A stretch of 23,374 nucleotides of DNA from a virus. Below the pieces are notes generated by a model that saw only the letters and a program-made list of their open reading frames with translations, was not told the origin of the DNA and ran no database searches. Both the position numbers and the translations under genes were made by a program. Below are positions 15,936-23,374 of the stretch, in pieces (within the stretch, counting starts at the first letter, position 1; each line of letters begins with the position of its first letter). Location: UHGV virus genome UHGV-0281963. One strand, 5' to 3'.

Positions 15936-16643
15936 ATGAAAACATTCGCAGAAAGACTAAATGCCGCCATGAGTTCAGCCGGGTTGTCACAAGCACAACT
16001 TGCAGACATGGTGGGGGTATCACAACCAGCCATACAAAAGATGTCATCTGGTAAAACAACCGGATCACGTAAAATGGTCGAATTAGCCAACGCGTTAAGA
16101 GTTCGCCCTGAATGGCTAAGCTCTGGTATAGGGTCAATGAGACCACAGAGCGCAGAAGAGCCATCTAATGCTCGGGAATCATCTTTAAAAGCTATCGCCT
16201 GGGATGATCATCAAAATGATAATGAAGAATTTGTTGCGCTCCCCCTTCTAAATATTTCACTTTCAGCTGGCGGAGGAAGTTGTGCATTGGAGGAGTCCGC
16301 AGAATTCTCTCTAGTTTTTAGGCGCTATTACCTGAAAAAAATGGGAGTTCCAGAAAAAGCGGCAAAGTTGGTCAGGGTTGTTGGGCAAAGCATGGAGCCA
16401 ACACTCCATGATGGTGATGTGGTGGGGGTAAACACGCAAGATACGAGCATCAGGGATGGTAAAACATATGCAATTTGCCAAGCTGATTTGTTAAGGGTAA
16501 AAACGCTCATAGCCACGCCAACATCGGTAATTATCAGATCGATAAACCGCGAAGAGTATCCTGATGAAGTAATGAACAGAGAAGAATTCTACAAAAACGT
16601 AAGAATCATAGGGCGAGTGTTCTGGTCATCACATAGCTGGTAA
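15936..16643 (+). CDS. cI: CI-type prophage repressor (N-terminal HTH, C-terminal S24 LexA-like autopeptidase)
   Basis: HTH segment LSQAQLADMVGVSQPAIQKM; S24 motif VVGQSMEPTL (Ser nucleophile) and downstream Lys (RVK); divergent from cro. Confidence 0.85.
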   Translation: MKTFAERLNAAMSSAGLSQAQLADMVGVSQPAIQKMSSGKTTGSRKMVELANALRVRPEWLSSGIGSMRPQSAEEPSNARESSLKAIAWDDHQNDNEEFVALPLLNISLSAGGGSCALEESAEFSLVFRRYYLKKMGVPEKAAKLVRVVGQSMEPTLHDGDVVGVNTQDTSIRDGKTYAICQADLLRVKTLIATPTSVIIRSINREEYPDEVMNREEFYKNVRIIGRVFWSSHSW

Positions 16644-16768
16644 TCAGACTCCAACTGAACTTTTGCTATAAGAACACTCACGAAGAACGGCCTTTTATTG
16701 TGCTCAATACCACCGATGGTAAACCATTCGCCAAGTAGCCAATTCATAAAATGCCATTTCTAAATCCC

Positions 16769-16794
16769 CCCGGCTCCAGTGCCGGGTTTTATTT
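16769..16794 (+). terminator. rho-independent terminator downstream of cI
   Basis: Stem cccggc (16769-16774) / gccggg (16781-16786) followed by ttttattt. Confidence 0.55.
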
Positions 16795-16796
16795 AC

Positions 16797-17018
16797 TTAA
16801 TTACACAGTCGCATATCCTGAAGTAACACATCTATAGCTAACTTCACAGCGAGATCATCCAATTCATCATGGTGAAGCACTCGGATCATTCCCGCAATAG
16901 CATCTGCTGAAATAGCTTCCCCAGTAGCAATAACCTCAAGCAACGACACCCCTAGAATTTCGACTACCCGCTGGTGCAACACACCAAATTCCCCTTCGAT
17001 TAACATGCAATCACCCAT
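16797..17018 (-). CDS. hypothetical small acidic protein (about 73 aa) between cI and pL/OL (rex-equivalent position, opposite orientation)
   Basis: ORF-track ORF (88 aa from 17063); preferred start ATG 17018 with AAAGG/AAGGGGG upstream; no family recognised. Confidence 0.4.
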   Translation of the reverse strand: MGDCMLIEGEFGVLHQRVVEILGVSLLEVIATGEAISADAIAGMIRVLHHDELDDLAVKLAIDVLLQDMRLCN

Positions 17019-17113
17019 AACAATCAGCCTTTCCCCCTTGAAAATATCACGCGGATACCACAAAAAATAAAATATTTTTGTTATCAGTCATTTATAACGT
17101 TTTTCATAAAATG

Positions 17114-17154
17114 ATAAATATAGTTATTGCACAACCAGATAACTTAGGTTATCT
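17114..17154. promoter_or_regulatory. OL operator region: 18-bp perfect palindrome agATAACttagGTTATct plus ataaatatagttat
   Basis: agataacttaggttatct at 17137-17154 shares the ATAAC-N4-GTTAT half-sites of OR; second imperfect site at 17114-17127. Confidence 0.5.
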
Positions 17155-17202
17155 TCAATTCAACAGCAGGACGCTGGAAGCCAAACGGAACAGATTGGCC
17201 GG

Positions 17203-17240
17203 CTCTTTAACATTGATGGACTCTCAACCTAACCGTTGAG
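17203..17240 (+). promoter_or_regulatory. nutL-like site (boxA GCTCTTTAA plus boxB-like hairpin)
   Basis: gGCTCTTTAAcattg (17202-17215), same 14-mer as in nutR; hairpin ctcaac-ctaacc-gttgag at 17223-17240; upstream of the N-like gene. Confidence 0.55.
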
Positions 17241-17351
17241 ACCAAAATCTAAGTGGTTTTGGGGATGACGCGAATTTCAGTTGCAAGGCCGCGATCGAGA
17301 AGAAAAACACCTCGACGCGTCATACACCAAAGCCACTTAAAGGAGACCATC

Positions 17352-17657
17352 ATGGTAACCATAATCTGGAAAGAATCCAAAGGTACGGCAAAAAGCCGCT
17401 ATAAAGCTCGCAGGGAAGAACTTATTGCAGAGCGGCGCAGTAGTGAAAGACTGACACGGAAGATTGCGCTAAAGATCTCTGGTTGCGTCGGAGCAGACAA
17501 AGCAGTATCACTCGGAAGCCTTCGCTGCAAGAAGGCAGAAGAAGTCGAGAGTAAACAGAACCGTATTTACTACCGCAAACCACGCAGTGAAATGGGTGTG
17601 ACTTGCTCAGGCCGCCAGAAACAACGCGGAAAATCAATTCCGGCTTATTACGATTGA
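17352..17657 (+). CDS. N-like antitermination protein (basic, Arg/Lys-rich N-terminus)
   Basis: First gene after nutL; RBS AAGGAG 6 nt before ATG 17352; MVTIIWKESKGTAKSRYKARREELIAERRSSERLTRK is basic like an arginine-rich motif. Assigned by position and composition; no sequence similarity to lambda N claimed. Confidence 0.5.
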   Translation: MVTIIWKESKGTAKSRYKARREELIAERRSSERLTRKIALKISGCVGADKAVSLGSLRCKKAEEVESKQNRIYYRKPRSEMGVTCSGRQKQRGKSIPAYYD

Positions 17658-17662
17658 GGTTA

Positions 17663-17947
17663 ATGATGAAGTTCAAATTGAACGATGAAGTTAAATGGTC
17701 AAGCTCATCAAACGGTGTAACGAAGGTAAAAATCGGGTTTATCGTCGAGGTGATTCCTCCTGGTGTCAACGTAAAAAAATTCGAACTAGGCCGTCTGCTA
17801 GATGCACCTGGCCTTCCGAGGAAAGAAGAGAGCTATATAGTTTGTGTAGGTTCAAGACCCGGATCTCGTGCCAAGCCAAAATATTACTGGCCGCGAGTTA
17901 ATAACCTGCGTCGATTACAACAAAAAACTTGCGCCCTTAAAACTTGA
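17663..17947 (+). CDS. hypothetical protein (94 aa)
   Basis: GAGG then ATGATG at 17663; its 3' part overlaps another open frame (17868-18053) with a more protein-like C-terminus. Confidence 0.45.
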   Translation: MMKFKLNDEVKWSSSSNGVTKVKIGFIVEVIPPGVNVKKFELGRLLDAPGLPRKEESYIVCVGSRPGSRAKPKYYWPRVNNLRRLQQKTCALKT

Positions 17948-18084
17948 AATTCTTCAGGCCGCCGGAAAAATGCAGCTTAAACTGGACGAATTCATCGACT
18001 GTATGGATGAAATGAATAAAGCAGTTCAGAAGCTTAAAGAGCTGACCGCCTGATATTAATAAATTGCAACTACCGGAGTTAACT

Positions 18085-18444
18085 ATGAATGAAACAGAAC
18101 TGAAGCACATTATCGCCCTGCTTCTGGAAGATGCCAGACAGGTTTATCGACTTAGCCCAAATTCCGCAACGCAGGAACGCATCCGGATAGCGGAAACAGC
18201 ACTGAAACAGGACAATGGAAACGGCATATCCAAATTTAGCGCCGCCAGTGAAAATGAAGTAATAGAAATAAACAGCAATATCAGCGACAGTTGCGTCGCT
18301 TACAGCCACCAAATAATTCGTGTAAGTGCAAGAATAATGGAAGTGATGGCAAGTGAGCTTGAAAAGAACAACATCAAGCCCACTGATTGTTGTTTAAGAA
18401 CCGTAATGAACGTTATTTATTACTCGATGTTCCGAAGTCGCTAA
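18085..18444 (+). CDS. hypothetical protein (119 aa)
   Basis: RBS GGAG 8 nt before ATG 18085 (MNETELKHIIALLLEDARQ...); the ORF-track start at 18064 is a TTG. Confidence 0.5.
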   Translation: MNETELKHIIALLLEDARQVYRLSPNSATQERIRIAETALKQDNGNGISKFSAASENEVIEINSNISDSCVAYSHQIIRVSARIMEVMASELEKNNIKPTDCCLRTVMNVIYYSMFRSR

Positions 18445-18622
18445 CAGCGTCGAGTTTTTCATTAAAAAATGATTCAAATGCATCGTAAAATACGGCAATA
18501 GCACCGCCCTTATCTACCGCGGCAGGAACTGCCTTTTGAGGTATATCTTTCTCCGTAAATTGTGTGTTGTAAGTATCGACAGCCAGCCGCATCAGAAACA
18601 TCACTTTTTCTTCTTGTGTCAT
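18413..18622 (-). CDS. hypothetical protein (69 aa), antisense-oriented within the early-left operon
   Basis: Strong RBS AAGGAGA 9 nt before ATG 18622; its 3' end overlaps the 3' end of the convergent 18085-18444 ORF by 32 bp. Confidence 0.45.
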   Translation of the reverse strand: MTQEEKVMFLMRLAVDTYNTQFTEKDIPQKAVPAAVDKGGAIAVFYDAFESFFNEKLDAVSDFGTSSNK

Positions 18623-18844
18623 AAATTCACTCTCCTTACGGGGTTTGTAGTTGAGGAGTTCTCCACGGGTGAGGTGGAGATCGTGCGCCGGACACGGGTG
18701 AGTTCCTGCACTCTCAGTTTACTGAACAGACATTACCCTGAAAGCCAGGGTACTACACGAAAGCGCGAGGCGAAGACTCTTTCCCATAGAAGGATTGTCG
18801 TTAGATTTCTTCGACCGTGCGCTTCCGGTTGTGAATAACAACAT

Positions 18845-18901
18845 TGCTGTGTGTAACCCTTGGCGGATATCGGTTTGCCGATTGCTGATGTCCGCCCTTT
18901 T
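18845..18901 (+). ncRNA. dicF: DicF-like sRNA candidate with intrinsic terminator
   Basis: ttGGCGGatatcggtttgccgattgctgatgtCCGCCcttttt resembles my recollection of E. coli DicF (…ttGGCGGtatcagttttactccgtgactgctctgCCGCCcttttt) and is followed by aaagtgaattttgtgatg as downstream of dicF. Stem ggcgga (18861-18866) / tccgcc (18890-18895), then cttttt. 5' end not defined. Confidence 0.4.
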
Positions 18902-19078
18902 TAAAGTGAATTTTGTGATGCGGTGAATGCGGCTATGCGCACGCGGAACAGTTAAACCGACAGGATGTCACGGAAAGTCATCGTCCCCTGACCCGGCGTT
19001 AGTTGTTAACTGGTTAACGTCACCTGGAGGCACCAGGCACCGCATCAACAAAGTTCATTTGTGAAAATGGAGATAATT

Positions 19079-19300
19079 ATGATTGCTCATCACTTCGGAA
19101 CTGATGAAATACCACGTCAGTGCGTGACGCCTGGCGATTATGTTCTTCATGAAGGTCGGACATATATCGCTTCAGCAAACAATATTGAAAAGAGAAAACT
19201 CTATATTCGTAACTTCACAACAAAAACATGCATTACCGACTGCATGATTAAAGTTTTCATCGGGCGCGATGGCTTACCCGTAAAAGCAGCGTCGTTGTGA
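19079..19300 (+). CDS. hypothetical protein (73 aa)
   Basis: GGAG then ATG 19079 ([14 protein letters not shown]...); the ORF-track start at 19061 is a GTG; no similarity to DicB recognised. Confidence 0.45.
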   Translation: MIAHHFGTDEIPRQCVTPGDYVLHEGRTYIASANNIEKRKLYIRNFTTKTCITDCMIKVFIGRDGLPVKAASL

Positions 19301-19383
19301 CGAGTAATAAAATACACCTTCCATATCTGTAACAGACAAGCCGAAATAAAACCGCATTAATTATCAATCACGGAAAAATCAAA

Positions 19384-19770
19384 ATGAAAGAACTTGCGCA
19401 AAATGAAATATTTTCCAAAACCAGTCCTGATGCAATAAATGAACTCAAAGAAATTGCAGAACGCATCAGTAAAATATGCAAAGAATACAAAATCGACTTT
19501 GTATTTTCTTTTTCAGTGCTTACAGAAGTTGGAAATAACGAATATAAGGACAGTCGTTTTGTTTTATGTGGGTTAAATGGCAAAACACCAAGCCCATATA
19601 TTCATGCTGCACGTGAAGTTGTCAGAAGCAACATTGGAGTACAACAAATCCATACACTTGCACAGGCTCTTGAGTTTGCAAGAGAAAATTCTGAGTGCGA
19701 CTGCCCTGAATGCCAGCACGAAAAGGGAAAAACAACTCACAAAACAGCAAACCAGGCAACCTTCCACTGA
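19384..19770 (+). CDS. hypothetical protein (128 aa) with C-terminal Cys cluster (ECDCPECQHEKG)
   Basis: ORF-track ORF with ATG 19384; AT-rich; weak hairpin aaatccgg...ccggattt (19776-19803) downstream. Confidence 0.5.
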   Translation: MKELAQNEIFSKTSPDAINELKEIAERISKICKEYKIDFVFSFSVLTEVGNNEYKDSRFVLCGLNGKTPSPYIHAAREVVRSNIGVQQIHTLAQALEFARENSECDCPECQHEKGKTTHKTANQATFH

Positions 19771-19877
19771 AATAAAAATCCGGCAGCGCAGGCTACCGGA
19801 TTTCTCCCTGCGTCACCGTATTCGGAGAAATCAGACAAAGGGCCGCTAATTCTAATCCAGCCAGAGGTTTAAATACA

Positions 19878-21950
19878 ATGAGCGCTGATAAACAGACTTT
19901 TGCACTACACTGCGAAGCAAAAAACGATAAAGTCAGAAAACGCCTTGGCATCAAAGGCGGTTTTTTCTGGACCGAGGCCAGAAAACTTTCTGTCGCAGTT
20001 TCCCGCTGCATTGCAGCCATGGACGATGCAGGCTACGACGAGGATGATTTCAAAAAACCCGTTCGCGTAAATTTCCCCGTCGTGAATGACCTTCCACCGG
20101 AAGGCGTGTTTGATACTGAATTCTGCAACCGCTATGAAAAAGGCGGTAACGATGGCATCACCATGATGGCTATCCCCTTCGATGACAACATCAACGGTGA
20201 AGATGCCACAACTGCTGGCGATGACAACGATAACCTGGACGGAACTATTCCGGATGATGTGGAGAAAAGCGAATCCCCGGACAGCGACGATGACTGTTCT
20301 GAGTGTGAAATTCCCGTCGCCACTCTGAGCCTTACTCATCGCTTCCTTCACCTCTTCTTATTCAGCAAAGATGAAGATGGAAAATACCGGCATCATGCCA
20401 CACCAGAACAACGCAATAACGTGATCCGTATGGAGATGGACACAGAGGACAGTTACCTTCAGAGCCTGCTTACTGCTGTGCGCGCCGCGCATCATGAACT
20501 GGATAAACTGACGAACTATCACCTTAGTCGCCTGGCTGAATCTGTAGGGAAAGCATTCCCCCACTCTGCAAATCATCGCATCAGCCCGGCTGAATTCGAC
20601 AAGTTCATTTCCACCTGGATGAAAACTGACTACCTTGATCAGGGCCTGCTGACAAAAGAATGGCAGAACGGAAATTATGTTTCAGGCATTACCCGTACGC
20701 CTTCCGGTGCTAACGCTGGCGGCGGAAATATTACCGATCGTGGTGAAGGATTCAAACATGATAAGACATCACTCGCACGAGATGTAGCCACCGGCGTTCT
20801 GGCCCGTTCAATGGATGTGGATATTTATAACCTGCACCCAGCACACGCAAAACGCGTTGAAGAAATCGTGTCAGAGAATAAGCCGCCCTTTTCTGTTTTT
20901 CGCGACAAATTTATCGCCATGCCCGGTGGGCTGGATTATTCCCGCGCCATTGTGGTGGCTTCCGTGAAAGAAGCACCAATCGGCATTGAGGCCATCCCGG
21001 CACGCGTGACTGAATATCTCAACAAAGTGTTGACCGAAACCGATCACGCTAACCCGGATCCGGAAATCGTGGAAATTGCCTGCGGTCGCTCATCAGCACC
21101 GATGCCGCAGCGCGGAACAGCAGAAGGAAAACATGGCGATGAAGAAAAGCAACAAACATCGGACACAATGGCTAATGAACAGGCAGCGCCTGAATCAGTG
21201 GAAGAAATTCCAGTTAAACATAATGAGGACACGCAATCACTGGAAAATGTCTCATCTGTAGAAACGAAATACCAGGAACTGAGGGAGGAACTCAATAAAG
21301 CCAGGGAAAACATCCCCCCAAAAAATCCAGTCGATGCCGACAAATTACTGGCTGCCTCGCGTGGAGAATTCGTTGAAGGCATCAGTAACCCTGCTGATCC
21401 GAAGTGGGTGAAGGGGATCCAGACTCGCGACACTGAGGACCAGAATCAGCCCAAAGTGGAACAAATTGCCCCAGAAGCGGGACAAAACAGCCCGGATACG
21501 CAACAAAACGGGCCAGAAGAGCAACAGCCAGGGCCAGTAATGCAACAGGAAGTGGAAAAGGTTTGCACCACATGCAGTCAGAACGGTGGCGGCCATTGCC
21601 CTGACTGTGGTCCAGTAATGGGAGATGAAACTTACGCTGAAACTTTTGGAGAAAATGACGCCGCTGATGGAGAAGACTCAGCACAAACTGAGGAGAAGAT
21701 CATTCAGGAAAACTCTGTTGATGCCGCTCAGGAGGGCGAAACCGTTGTTCAGAACGAGCCAGGCAGTGATACGTCCGGCGATGACGCCAATTCTGAGCCA
21801 GTAACTCTCGACTGGAAAAGACAGCTCGTGATTGCCGCCGTCTATGGTTTGTGCGCCAACCCCGCATGTATAGCCACAGCGCCAGCAATCCCTGATATCG
21901 CCATCATGATTGCCAACAGGCTTGAAAATTTCGAAGGTGATAAATCATGA
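19878..21950 (+). CDS. large acidic hypothetical protein (690 aa) with Cys motifs ([24 protein letters not shown]) immediately upstream of gam
   Basis: RBS AGAGG before ATG 19878; stop overlaps the gam start (ATGA); long Asp/Glu-rich stretches; no family recognised. Confidence 0.7.
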   Translation: MSADKQTFALHCEAKNDKVRKRLGIKGGFFWTEARKLSVAVSRCIAAMDDAGYDEDDFKKPVRVNFPVVNDLPPEGVFDTEFCNRYEKGGNDGITMMAIPFDDNINGEDATTAGDDNDNLDGTIPDDVEKSESPDSDDDCSECEIPVATLSLTHRFLHLFLFSKDEDGKYRHHATPEQRNNVIRMEMDTEDSYLQSLLTAVRAAHHELDKLTNYHLSRLAESVGKAFPHSANHRISPAEFDKFISTWMKTDYLDQGLLTKEWQNGNYVSGITRTPSGANAGGGNITDRGEGFKHDKTSLARDVATGVLARSMDVDIYNLHPAHAKRVEEIVSENKPPFSVFRDKFIAMPGGLDYSRAIVVASVKEAPIGIEAIPARVTEYLNKVLTETDHANPDPEIVEIACGRSSAPMPQRGTAEGKHGDEEKQQTSDTMANEQAAPESVEEIPVKHNEDTQSLENVSSVETKYQELREELNKARENIPPKNPVDADKLLAASRGEFVEGISNPADPKWVKGIQTRDTEDQNQPKVEQIAPEAGQNSPDTQQNGPEEQQPGPVMQQEVEKVCTTCSQNGGGHCPDCGPVMGDETYAETFGENDAADGEDSAQTEEKIIQENSVDAAQEGETVVQNEPGSDTSGDDANSEPVTLDWKRQLVIAAVYGLCANPACIATAPAIPDIAIMIANRLENFEGDKS

Positions 21951-22243
21951 ATGCCTGGCTTATCCCCGATCGCATTGAAGAGCAGTCATGGGCACGACAC
22001 TACCAGCAAATTGCCCGTGAAGAAACTGAAGCTGAGCTGGCAGACGACCTGGAAAAAGGTCTGCCCCAACACCTGTTTGAATCGCTATGCATCGATAATC
22101 TGCAACGTCACGGGGCCAGCAAAAAAGCTATTTCCCGTGCATTTGATGACGATGTCGATTTTCAGGAACGCATGGCAGAACACATCCGCTACATGGCTGA
22201 AACCATCGCCCGTCACCAAATTAATATTGATTCAGAGGTATAA
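21947..22243 (+). CDS. gam: Gam (RecBCD inhibitor)
   Basis: …[50 protein letters not shown]…[27 protein letters not shown] is collinear with lambda Gam as I recall it. Confidence 0.9.
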   Translation: MNAWLIPDRIEEQSWARHYQQIAREETEAELADDLEKGLPQHLFESLCIDNLQRHGASKKAISRAFDDDVDFQERMAEHIRYMAETIARHQINIDSEV

Positions 22244-22248
22244 AACGG

Positions 22249-23034
22249 ATGAGTACAGCACTCGCAACGCTGGCAGGGAAGCTGGCTGAACGTGTCGGCA
22301 TGGATTCTGTCGACCCACAGGAACTAATCACCACTCTTCGCCAGACGGCATTTAAAGGTGATGCCAGCGATGCGCAATTTATCGCATTGTTGATCGTCGC
22401 CAACCAGTACGGCCTTAATCCCTGGACGAAAGAAATTTACGCCTTCCCTGACAAGCAGAACGGCATCGTTCCGGTGGTTGGCGTTGATGGCTGGTCCCGC
22501 ATTATCAATGAAAACCAGCAGTTTGATGGCATGGACTTTGAGCAGGACAATGAGTCCTGTACATGCCGGATTTACCGCAAAGATCGCAATCACCCGATCT
22601 GCGTTACCGAGTGGATGGATGAATGTCGCCGCGCACCATTCAAAACCCGCGAAGGCAGAGAAATCACCGGACCGTGGCAGTCGCATCCCAAACGGATGTT
22701 ACGGCACAAAGCCATGATTCAGTGTGCTCGCCTGGCCTTCGGATTTGCTGGCATCTATGACAAGGATGAAGCCGAGCGTATTGTCGAAAATACTGCATAT
22801 ACTACAGAACGTCAGCCGGAACGCGACATCACCCCGGTTAACGAAGAAACCATGTCGGAAATTAACGCCCTTCTTACTTCCATGGAAAAAACGTGGGATG
22901 ACGACCTGTTGCCGCTCTGTTCCCAGATTTTTCGCCGCAACATTTACACATCTTCAGAACTAACACAGGCTGAAGCTGTGAAGGTTCTTGGATTCCTGAA
23001 ACAGAAAGTCACAGAGCAGAAGGTAGCAGCATGA
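22249..23034 (+). CDS. bet: Bet (Red-beta single-strand annealing protein)
   Basis: [128 protein letters not shown]... is near-identical to lambda Bet as I recall it. Confidence 0.95.
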   Translation: MSTALATLAGKLAERVGMDSVDPQELITTLRQTAFKGDASDAQFIALLIVANQYGLNPWTKEIYAFPDKQNGIVPVVGVDGWSRIINENQQFDGMDFEQDNESCTCRIYRKDRNHPICVTEWMDECRRAPFKTREGREITGPWQSHPKRMLRHKAMIQCARLAFGFAGIYDKDEAERIVENTAYTTERQPERDITPVNEETMSEINALLTSMEKTWDDDLLPLCSQIFRRNIYTSSELTQAEAVKVLGFLKQKVTEQKVAA

Positions 23035-23374
23035 CACCGGACATTATCCTGCAACGTACAGGGATCGACGTGAGAGCTGTCGAACAGGGGGATGATGCGT
23101 GGCACAAATTACGGCTCGGCGTCATCACCGCTTCAGAAGTTCACAACGTGATAGCAAAACCCCGCTCAGGAAAGAAATGGCCTGACATGAAAATGTCCTA
23201 CTTCCACACCCTGCTGGCTGAGGTTTGCACCGGTGTGGCTCCGGAAGTTAACGCTAAAGCGCTGGCCTGGGGAAAACAGTACGAGAACGACGCCAGAGCC
23301 CTCTTTGAGTTCACTTCCGGCGTGAATGTTACTGAATCCCCGATCATCTATCGCGACGAAAGTATGCGCACCGC
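23031..23374 (+). CDS. exo: Exo (Red-alpha 5'-3' exonuclease), N-terminal part; 3' end beyond the window
   Basis: [87 protein letters not shown]... matches lambda Exo; ATG overlaps the bet stop (ATGA). Confidence 0.95.
   Translation, partial: MTPDIILQRTGIDVRAVEQGDDAWHKLRLGVITASEVHNVIAKPRSGKKWPDMKMSYFHTLLAEVCTGVAPEVNAKALAWGKQYENDARALFEFTSGVNVTESPIIYRDESMRT

Noticed and set aside
19577-20576. ORFs 19577-19849 (+), 19905-20351 (-), 20132-20323 (-) and 20358-20576 (-)
   Set aside because: Overlap better-supported plus-strand genes in other frames or antisense; no RBS support.
1-23374. Insertion sequences, transposase or integrase genes, rRNA
   Set aside because: None of the ORF translations show transposase (DDE) or tyrosine/serine recombinase motifs; no rRNA-like sequence seen.

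Overview
This window reads as a segment of a mosaic lambdoid prophage of the E. coli type, probably defective: no lysis, terminase or head genes lie between the late-region nanS esterase gene and the tail-fibre gene. All calls come from manual translation of the ORF track and remembered family signatures; no database search or folding was run. Coordinates 1-15.9 kb are transcribed leftward (minus strand): a partial collagen-repeat tail fibre with a broken 5' frame, a small terminator-flanked moron, a NanS-p-like sialate O-acetylesterase, an AT-rich moron directly after Q, then Q, ninH, rusA, ybcO-like, ninE, ninB and an ORF6N antirepressor-like gene. Next comes an accessory island of three toxin modules (RelE/ParE-like toxin with HTH antitoxin; antitoxin with Doc; hokD-like type I toxin), followed by small peptides, a DUF551 protein, two hypothetical proteins, a DnaC-like loader, a YdaU-like replication protein, cII-like and cro-like genes. 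The immunity switch (cro minus, cI plus) sits at 15.6-16.6 kb with ATAAC-N4-GTTAT operators. Rightward of it run nutL, an N-like gene, small ORFs, a DicF-like sRNA candidate, a 690-aa acidic protein and gam-bet-exo (exo cut by the window end). The most interesting candidates for something undescribed are the AT-rich moron at the stx-equivalent position after Q (5379-5972), the large acidic early protein (19878-21950) and the triple toxin island (8.9-10.9 kb).
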